From the human T2T-CHM13v2.0 reference genome, Homo sapiens, in NCBI RefSeq assembly GCF_009914755.1, contig NC_060928.1: a DNA stretch of 64,000 bases, one strand, 5' to 3'. Below the pieces are notes generated by a model that saw nothing but the letters and a program-made list of their open reading frames with translations, did not search any database and was not told where the DNA came from. The translations under genes were made by a program, and so were the position numbers. The number at the start of each line of letters is the position of its first letter. Positions within the stretch are counted from its first letter, which is position 1. Below are positions 53,992-64,000 of the stretch, one piece after another.

Positions 53992-54067
53992 GTTAAGGTG
54001 GCAGAAGCCCGGTAATTGCATAAAATGTAAAACTTTATAATCAGAGGTTCAATGAATCTTCTTAACA
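53992..54067 (+). pseudogene. MT-TL1: NUMT: mt-tRNA-Leu(UUR) pseudo-copy
   Basis: gttaaggtggcagaagcccggtaattgcataaaatgtaaaactttataatcagaggttcaatgaatcttcttaaca; TAA anticodon kept, loop positions 32-33 and T-stem mutated. Confidence 0.93.
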
Positions 54068-54069
54068 AC

Positions 54070-54378
54070 ATGCCTATAATCAACCTCCTACTACTTATAT
54101 CTACTCTGGCTGCCGTAACATTCCCTACACTCATTGAATGAAAAATTCTAGGCCACATACAACTATGCAAAGGATCCAATATTTTAGGCCCCTATGGACT
54201 ATTTCAACCATTTGCTGATGCAATAAAACTTTTCACTAAAGAGACCCTAAAACCCTCATCATCTACTGTTACCCTTTACACTATTGCTCCAACCCTAGCC
54301 CTTTCTATTGCCCTTTTCTTATGAACCCCACTGCCTAAACCAAATCCCTTAATTTTAATTTCAGCCTCCTATTTATTC
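54070..54378 (+). pseudogene. MT-ND1: NUMT: 5' third of ND1 (MTND1P-type pseudogene)
   Basis: Mito-code translation [69 protein letters not shown]; CGA>TGA, CGC>TGC and a frameshift near 54350. Confidence 0.96.
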
Positions 54379-55219
54379 ATAGTATACTATACTATTATAT
54401 AGTTTAGCATTATTATATATTAATATTATTGTATAATGGTATACAATAATATTCACAGTATACTGTGAATTTATTTTTTTAATGTATCACCATAATACCT
54501 TTTTGGGTATTATAGGTAGGTCACTAGCTTGTAATTCCCAAGTACTTTTTTATGTGCCTTCTACAAATTGGTAAGAAGGAGTCTTTTCTAGTCATCTAAA
54601 ATTCAAGTACTCTCCCATAAGTGCTTATCTATAAAATAGTAATGGCTGTGAAAGTTCATCTCCCAGTTCTTTAGCACTCTCAGGTGGATGGTTTTTCAAC
54701 TGACCTACAACCATTAAGCTTGCTTAAGTAGTCCCCAACTATTTGGTCTCTGTTTGAATTGCCATGGCTGTGCATTCACCAGTTTGAAAAAATTACCATA
54801 TATGAATAGAATTAAGCTTAGCAAGGAAGACTGCCTTGTAGAACAATCAAGGTGGAAATAACTATTTTATATATGAAAGTTCAATGACAAATGATACATA
54901 GAAGAAAAACATGGTAATAAATAAATGTAATCTGAATACGAGAAAGACATATATCTATTTTGTGCTTAACAGTGCCTGTGACAATGACATGGAGCCTGCC
55001 CCTGCAAATCAAGGCCCAGATTTAGGACCACTGTTGAAAGCAAGGTTTTGGAAATTGGAAAGAGTTCAAAGGGAAAGAACATAAAATAGTTATTATTTAA
55101 AAATACTGACTTTAAAGAAACCTAAGATATATGAACTATTAGGGCTTTAGAGAAGGTTCAGTTTATGATGAAGGAACTGCCTTTAAAGAACTTTTTTAAT
55201 GTCCTTGTGACCTCCTAGA

Positions 55220-55457
55220 AGAGAATGGGCTTTGGAGACAGTGAACCTCTTTAAAATAGCACTTCTGCATTTATTAGCTGTGTGATCCTGTGTATATTTC
55301 CAAGTCTCTAAGACTCTTCATTAATAAAATGAGGAAAAACATTATATATATATATATATATAAAATCATGAGACTCCTGTAAAATTAATGTATGTAAATT
55401 ACTTTGTATATTGCCTAGCACATGATGCATTCCATTAATTGATAGCTATTGGTATTA
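55220..55457 (+). mobile_element. MIR with internal (TA)n
   Basis: gggctttggagacag..ttattagctgtgtgatcctg..tgcctagcacat..gatagctatt. Confidence 0.75.
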
Positions 55458-55710
55458 AATAACAATAATTGAGAGCTATTTCTACAGAATATATTAACTG
55501 GTTACATTCTTCTAATTGCATCAAACAAATAATTTACTCAAACTGGGCTTCTAGCACTTTTACTTTTGTATATATCTATTGGTAGAGAAATGGAAACAAA
55601 AATAAAAGACAATGATACTCTGACCATTCACCATTCAATGCCTGAAAATTGAGAGCCCAACTCTCATTAAATACTTCGTAGATGTTTGCAGAATTAAAAA
55701 TAAGAGAATT

Positions 55711-56000
<290 letters not shown>

Positions 56001-56404
56001 ATAATAATAGAATTATATGACTTGTATGATCTGAGATAGATGAATTTAAGGAAGAATTTGGTATTGAGAGATTTAATTCATTACTTCCCTAGTTGTTATG
56101 GGTTGTTTTGAGTTATTACCCCACATTAATCATTTGTCATTTTGTTTTGTTAAAATGAGAACACATTTTCTGTACATGTTGCATGAAAAAAGGCAAGGGA
56201 ACCACATATCTCCATTGACTGCATACTCAAGTCTATCCATTATTTTACATAACAGATAGATGAAAGGAAACATTTTTTAAATATTTGTCTTTAAAATTAT
56301 CATAGAACGGATAACAGTGATTGTATAGATGATGGAGACCTTTCTTTACGTGTAGAATTGCTTGGGCACAGCACAGTCCACACTGGAAGATTTCTTTTCT
56401 CCCC

Positions 56405-56418
56405 AATCAATCAATCAA

Positions 56419-56487
<69 letters not shown>

Positions 56488-56579
56488 CTCTCTCCCTCTC
56501 TGCCCCTCCCTCCCTCCCTCCCTCTCTGGTGCCCTCCCCTTCCCTCTTTTCTCCCTGCCTTCTTTCTCCCCACCTCTTC
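56405..56579. repeat. (AATC)4 plus (CT)n/(CCCT)n polypyrimidine tract
   Basis: 83 uninterrupted pyrimidines at 56419-56501. Confidence 0.95.
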
Positions 56580-57084
56580 AACTGCATTGGTAACGTGATA
56601 AGAGCAGAAATGACAAGTGGCTATTAGATTCACTTGTATATAAATTCTAAGTGTCACCTATTTCTATATCTTAATTATTCTATAAAATGCTATCCAGTTT
56701 TTGTAAGCATTTCAAGGTAATAAGTGCAAAGTACCTTGGACATAGGGGATAGTCTTTAATATTTCCTCTTTTTTCTTTACTTTGGATGAATGTTACCAGA
56801 CAGTAATAACATTTTAAGTTCTTCAGGAAAACAGCAAGGCCTATGCAGTTATATGAAAGATAAGAGAATATACCTGTAATAAGAGTATTTTCTAATAACA
56901 TTAACTTTTTATATTTAATATTGCTCTGAATTTATTATTCTAAACCAAAAGAAAAAAATCCATCAAATAATCTTGAAAAGAAGCAGCTAATATAATCTAT
57001 TTCTGACACTTATTCTATTCATTTTTATCAATACTTGCATATCACCAGACTTACAATAAAGAACATTCATGTAATTATTCTTTC

Positions 57085-57170
57085 GACATTTATTTATTGA
57101 GAACATACTACACGCCAGGCATTGTTGAAAGTGCTTAAGAAATATGAGTGGACAAAGGAGACCTGCACTG
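57085..57170 (-). mobile_element. L2 3' end fragment
   Basis: atttattgagaacatactacacgccaggcattgtt. Confidence 0.6.
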
Positions 57171-58271
57171 AAGAAACATATTCAGGCAGAAAAAGTTACC
57201 TTTTGACACTCTGGGGCATACTCCCTTAACTAGTGTTTGTTGGCTTCCTTTTGAAGTTTAAAGTATCAGAATTGTACTCTGTAGAAGCTTGTTGAATGTT
57301 AGAAATAAAAAGAAAACCGGACTGGACTAGGAAAAGACAATGCCACTTTTATTGTCCTACCTACACTCTGGTTGCTCAGGGGAATTTAATTTGCCTATTT
57401 CATAATGCCTCTTTCTTGCAACTGCCTTCAGCTATTACATTTTCAATCAGCTTATTTCTACCCAGCAGAAGCAGTCTGGAAGAGGTTGCCTCAAAGTTGG
57501 TTTTTCTATTGTATGTATTAGAATGCTGTCAGTAACTTATTATAGTATCTTATTGGATGGTCTTTGTCCTGCTGTATCACCTTCCCAGCAGAGGTACAGA
57601 TAATAAAAATCTATATGGCTAGGACCTTGGATTTGGGCAGTTCAATTAGTTGTTCAGGAAGTCTATCAAAAATGTGACTCCAGGTCCCTGAACTCCAGCA
57701 TTCTCATTATTAGAGTGAAACGTTAGTGACAAATGAGGTATGATGGTCTAGACACCTCATCAGCCTGCTGGCTTGCAGCCTGAAGTAAAGGCGCAGTTTT
57801 AAAAACATCAAGGTCTTGATGGGTTCTGAACATGTGATTCCAGACCAAAACCTAAGAAAAACGGGGGAGCATCATACGTTTTAAGACAATAATAAACTCA
57901 TAGGCCTCTGAAATTCTACAGTCAAGAGTCAAAGCTACGTATGCACTTGAAGATGTGGAAAGATGTTACAGTTCAAGATGAGATTTCTTATTGGCTATAG
58001 TTGTAAATATCAGGGTTATTCTAAAAAAAGATTGTCAACGGTTTAATGATACTAGAAAAGCTCACCTATTTTTAAAGTTTTTTATTTAAGCAGTGATTAA
58101 TAAATACTGATGTTTGTTATTTTAATAAATGTCATGTGTATGGAGAGGTATCATCAAGTAAAGTTTGTACTAATCTATATGAAATCCATATGGATACCCA
58201 TATCCAAATGTATGAGTCACACATATATTAGTCACACATATATTATCTACAGATGTGGATAACCACTCAAA

Positions 58272-58968
58272 TAGTGGTTATCCATGGGAATGATGCTGTC
58301 CTCTAGGGGTGTTTTGGTTATATGTGGGGTAAATTTTGGTTATCACAATGTGGAGGGTGCTATTAGTGTTTAGTGGGCAGAGATAGTAGAATACATGCAA
58401 AATAAAGAATTGTTCTGCCTCCAGGAAAAATTCCTGTTTCAGAGCTCAATAGGAAAACCTGTTTGATTATCAGAACCTAGACCCAAATTCTATCTTACAT
58501 GTAAATGTAAACCCAGCATACATTTGGTGTGGTTTAAATACAGATTAAATTCAGATTAAATTCTCTATAATTACAACTACTGTCTAAAGTGAAATAAAAT
58601 GATGCTTTATTTTGTCTGAAAGTTTGCCAACAGTGTTGTACCATTTTAAAGAACTATATTACTAATTCCAGTCATCATTTTTAGTCACCAATTCGACATA
58701 CTATATCATTTTTATAGCCATCACATTCATGGTGATTATACATTTACAAACATAGGACCACTTAATTTTACACAGAATTAAAAATCTAAATACTTACGCT
58801 AGAATTACTTTCCTCTTAATTCTTCTGTAAATGTTAGATAGGGAGTTATATTGATTTTTTAAAAAATCAGCTAAGTTACATGTCTATAAGCTGAATCTCA
58901 AATAGTAAAAGGAAAATAAAAAGTACATTATAAAAAGAATCTGAGTCTTCTGAAATTTGAAATTATTG
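58272..58968. mobile_element. MER20B-like hAT-Charlie element
   Basis: Start resembles MER20 (tagtggttatc..ttttggttatcacaa..gggtgctattagtgtttagtgggcag..aaagaattgttctg) with a long AT-rich extension. Confidence 0.55.
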
Positions 58969-59179
58969 ATTTACATATATGGGAGGTCTGGCTTTTTGAC
59001 TATAGAGCCAAGCACAAATGCTGTATCCAAACGGTGGGCACATTTCTTTGGTAGAAATATATAGATTCTGAAAACACTCTTGACACATTCAGACCTATAA
59101 ATGGATAGCAAAATTTTGACATAAAGATCTGAAAATAAATTCTAAAGTTGGCATAATAGATTCTCTTCAAGCAGTTCAA

Positions 59180-59500
59180 ATACAAATATATTAAATGCCT
59201 CATTATGCAAGACACCTTGATAAATGCTTGGATGACAAAGACAAATATGAAATAATTCACTCCTCTAGAGAGTTGATATTCTAGTGGGAGAGACAGAAAA
59301 ATATCTAAAGAATGCTAATGCAATGTTAACGTGGAAAGATTTATTTTATACAGTTCTATAAAAGAATGAAAGAGGCATTTGAGAGGAAGCCTTGTATGAG
59401 ATGTAGCTTTTGAGCTATGCTATGGCGTATGTTGTAGAGTGCCTAAAATATTGTGCGAAAATAACATTGCAAGGAAAGAGACAAAAATAAAATACCATTT
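59180..59500 (-). mobile_element. L2 fragment
   Basis: caaatatattaaatgcctcattatgcaagacac..ttctagtgggagagacag. Confidence 0.6.
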
Positions 59501-60214
59501 TAAACAAGAAAATAACAGCAAGAAAACTTTTCTCAGATGGTTCTGTGTTTGAAGGAAGTTCGACTGTGTTGTAACAGAAAACATTTGATGGTCCCTGATG
59601 GGTTTCTTGGAAGAATAGAGTGATGAATTCTGTGAGAGAAAGAAAAATCAGAATTATTCTGCAGAATTAAAAAACCAACGAACAAACTTAATTTGGAGTT
59701 CCAAGGGAATTCCTAGAGAGAATGAATGAGGGAATGAGAACCAATGGAGGAAGGTAGGTAGATGTGATCTTGGTTTTGGCAATGGTGAGAGACAGAGAAG
59801 GCTATGGAAGTAAAACAGAGGAAAGTTAAGAGATAATGGAATTGGGAAGAAAGGTGCCCATGAAAATGTAGTATTCTAGGAGTCCACATAGTCCAGGGAA
59901 GCACTGGACTTCCCACAGTTTAAGCGAAGGGAATGAAGGCAGTTTTACTTAAATTTTAAAGGAAAGAATAATTCCAAAGGTGGAGAATTAAAAATATCCA
60001 GCAAGTCAGAATAGTTATTACCTTGCAAACTCCAAACCAATTCAAGTTTCTCCCATCAATCAGTCACAGACTAATGCTTTCTAAAAATAAAAAATCATGT
60101 ACCTCAGTGTCACAGCAATGCAACTGCTTCAATTTCTGTCGTTATTTCCTGGGGGATGGTAATACTGTATTTACAGACCAGTACTGGTTCATGAGTTAAG
60201 GTTTTGGTAGCACC

Positions 60215-60330
60215 GCTCTGGAATTGGGCAGCATGGGTTTGTATCTTAGCTCCCACACATTATTGTGGACCTGGGAAAAACACTTAACCTCTCTGTCACT
60301 TATTTATCTCATCTGCAATAAAAATTGTGT
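60215..60330 (+). mobile_element. MIR 5' half (interrupted by MLT1J)
   Basis: gctctggaatt..tgggtttgtatcttagctcc..cacttaacctctctgt..ctcatctgcaa. Confidence 0.7.
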
Positions 60331-60346
60331 CTAATTTTTTTGGAAA

Positions 60347-60954
<608 letters not shown>

Positions 60955-61324
60955 ATGAATAAGTTAGAAAATATGTGTAAACCAATACTTGACTCATAGA
61001 AGACATTCACTAAAATTTAATAGTAATTATTAAATAAGTAGGTTGAAAAAGTCATCTATTTGTTAAGTAAATATTTAATAACAACATTCTGCCTGCCACT
61101 GTGCTTTATACTGGTGATACGAAGATGATTAAGATAAATCAGCTGCATATAAAAAGTTCTTGTCTCAAAATTACAGTGTAATGATACGCTATTCGCAGTT
61201 TGTTGCAATTTTTCAAATGATCTACAAAGTGGAGAGTTAAGAGAAAAACTAGGAACGTTTGTGTCTGGCAAGTAATGTCCTTACTGAAATTTGCCATTGT
61301 GAGGTTCCTCAAAATAGTGTAGAG

Positions 61325-61327
61325 AAA

Positions 61328-61367
<40 letters not shown>

Positions 61368-61368
61368 T
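61325..61368. repeat. A21(TA)11 microsatellite
   Basis: Seen directly. Confidence 0.95.
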
Positions 61369-63039
61369 GTAATTTGATCATTCTCCATATATTTGCTTCT
61401 GAATTAGAGGGGAAGTGGCAAAATATAAGAGTTAAATTTTATGGAAATTGTATTAAGGCTTTTCCTTAAGACATAAGCTTAGCAAGATGCCATTTTGTCT
61501 GACTGTAGAGTGATAACGAATCAGGTTAGAGTGAACCTGATCTAACGTTACAAAGGTCAAATATATTTCCTTTCTCAGATTCAGAGTTGGATCAAGACTA
61601 CAGATGTATCTATTAGATTTCTTGATGCCTATTCTCAAACATCTGAGCAAAATTTAAGGTCTCCAAAAAGTACTATTATTCTAATAGAATTTTCAGTATA
61701 TGTAACAGGTTGTCTTTTTCCAACTGCAGTTTGGAAAAATACAAATTTGATTATCTAAAATTTGAAAGTAAATTAATTTTAATTTAAATTGCTCTAATAT
61801 TTTTATATGTTTGACATACAGTTTATATTACTTGTTTTATTAGTTTTAAATGAACATCATTACTTTTATTAAAATTTGCCTTTGATAGGAAAAAAAACTG
61901 TTCTTTTCTTGATGCCATACCAATTATCAAGTGTTTATTGTTTTGATAGATTTCCAGCCACTTCAATGTGCAACTGATATGGACAAAACTTTTTGTGTAT
62001 GTTATTTAATATTTTATTTGTAATTGCTAAAAGAGTTAGAAGAAAATAGTAAGTACTAAATAAACAATTTTTAGATAAATGAAATAATTAAAAACTTGAA
62101 TCTTATTTTGATTATTTATAGTTTGTGGGTGCATTTAAAGATAACCAAAGTCTTATAATTCATTTAGCAGCTTGAGTTATAAGCAGTGGCTCCATCAGGT
62201 ATATTTTCCAATGTGCTATGTATGTAATTTTTCTTCTATCAGATAAACTAAAAGCAAACGTAAGAGGAATGCTCTCAACTTTTGCCAGGCCCTCTCTTAG
62301 CTTTTGTGCCATGTCCTGGTGACGACTGCACTTGAAATCCCTGGGCTACTGTACTTCTGTGCTATCCTTATTGAGAGAATGGCTTTCGTATGTTTGAAGC
62401 CAATGTTTTATTACTCTTTATTTCCTTGATACACCCTTGATATCTTTTGTTCTTCTAGACTCACATTCCAAGGTTACCTCTAGGTTTTCAATATGATATT
62501 CATTTGAGAAGACAGAAAGCATACAGACTGTAAGTAAATAAGAGTAACCTTATTATGGACATAATATTTACTCTCACACCCAAACACAATAATTTGTAAA
62601 CTTCCATAATAAACTTATATTACTATTAATAATAAATTGCTTGCAACTTAAATAACCATGATGAAAAAACTAGCATTCAGATTCAGTGTTTTTTTTTTAA
62701 TTATTAATCTAAAGTATTAAGGATAAAGAATAAACCTTATAGGACCGGTTATTTATTATTTATAAATCTTATCTATAAATTTTAATTTTCCCTGGAGGTT
62801 AAAAAATCAGAATACTATTTAGTGGTAATCCCACTATTAAAGTATTTATTTCTAAGTTAATGTAACTTATACTTTGTACTATTTTTTTAAAAAATGCTAT
62901 TTGGGGTTGATTGCATAGGTACAAATTATTCCAAAAGTAAAATTTTAAAATGAAGTATGTATTCAGACCCTTTAGAGACATGCTAATGGCAATTCATTCC
63001 TTACTGCTTATTAAAGTAAGCCTGCTAAGCAGACCTACT

Positions 63040-63855
63040 TATTAGTTGAATGTGTTTTAACTGGGTCCTCTCCCCAGAGTTTCATAGGCTGAAATCAACA
63101 TCTCATCTCACTGCAGTCCGACCTGGGGGCTTGACTAAGAAAATATTTACTTTAGGATATTAGCAGAATCCATTTCTTTGTGAAAGTAGAACTGAAGTCC
63201 CCAGTTTCTGTTGGTTGTCAACCAAGAGCTACTATCTGCTTCTAAAGGCCACTCTCAGGCTTTGCCTTGTGGTCCCATCCATTTCTGCAATAGAGTAACT
63301 GTTTCCTCAAATCCTTCTCACACTTCAAACATCTGTATTCTGCTACCAGCTAGAGAAAACTATGCTTTTAAAGAGTTCATGTAGGCCTGATGGGGTGACT
63401 CACGCCTGTAATCCAAGCACTTTGGGAAGTCAAGACAGGAGGATCACTTGAGCCCAGGAGTTTGAGAACAGCCTGGGCAACATAGTAAAACTCTGTCTTT
63501 ACAAAAAATACAAAAATTAGCCAGGCCTGGTGGCAGACACCTGTAGTCTCAGCTACTCAGGAAGCTTAGGCAGGAGGATCACTTGAACCCAGAAGGTTGA
63601 GGCTGCAGTGAGCTATGATCCTGCCACTCCATTCCAGTTTGGGTAACAGAGAGAAACCCTGTCTTTGAAAAAATAAAAATGAAATAAAGAGTTCATGTGG
63701 TTTTGTTAAGTCAATCCAGATGATGTCTTTATCTTAAGTTCAACTGATTCATAGTCCATCTGCAAATACTCTTTTCTTATAAGGTAACATAGTTATAGAA
63801 GTAACATTGAGAGGAGAGTGATCATGACGGCCGTATTAGAATTTAGTCTACCATA
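63040..63855 (-). mobile_element. MLT1E-like MaLR LTR interrupted by AluJ
   Basis: aggctgaaatcaa..gcagaatccatttctttg..gctaccagctagagaaaact..gcttttaaag..tagaatttagtctacca. Confidence 0.7.
63384..63684 (+). mobile_element. AluJ
   Basis: gaggatcacttgagcccaggagtttgag; perfect 14-bp TSD taaagagttcatgt (63369-82 / 63685-98). Confidence 0.93.
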
Positions 63856-64000
63856 CTAATCTGATCAACACGAAAAATTAATTCATAAAGTATATAAAAG
63901 AGTTTCTCTGAGTAAATTGTATTTTACAAAATTCCTTTCTTTTGAATATGCTAAAAAAATGAGTTATTCATATTGCTAATTGGTATATGTATTTTGTATT

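Noticed and set aside
53552-54067. Functional rRNA or tRNA genes
   Set aside because: Truncated 16S with CpG-type substitutions at conserved positions, and a tRNA with a disrupted anticodon loop and T-stem, all embedded in nuclear repeats.

Overview
Primate, most likely human, nuclear DNA. It is AT-rich (roughly one-third GC by eye, not computed) and CpG-depleted, has no CpG island and contains no credible protein-coding exon, so it is deep intronic or intergenic. Roughly half is recognisable transposable-element sequence: an internally deleted HERV-L provirus with MLT2 LTRs, several MaLR solo LTRs, old and young L1 fragments (two twin-primed L1PA insertions), 15 Alus, MIR/L2 relics, a near full-length Tigger1 with four nested insertions, and hAT/mariner MITEs. 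The only gene-like segment is an ~830 bp NUMT (3' 16S rRNA, tRNA-Leu(UUR), 5' ND1) with nuclear CpG decay. The ORF track is explained by repeats, microsatellites or chance. I found no convincing new biological system. The most unusual signal is a set of apparent DNA-repair or template-switch scars: tiled hairpins at the NUMT junction, an inverted Alu self-duplication across a TA tract, an L1 ORF1-region piece copied into ORF2, and a fold-back MER47. Repeat family names come from remembered consensus sequences, not from a database run, and the boundaries of old repeats are approximate.
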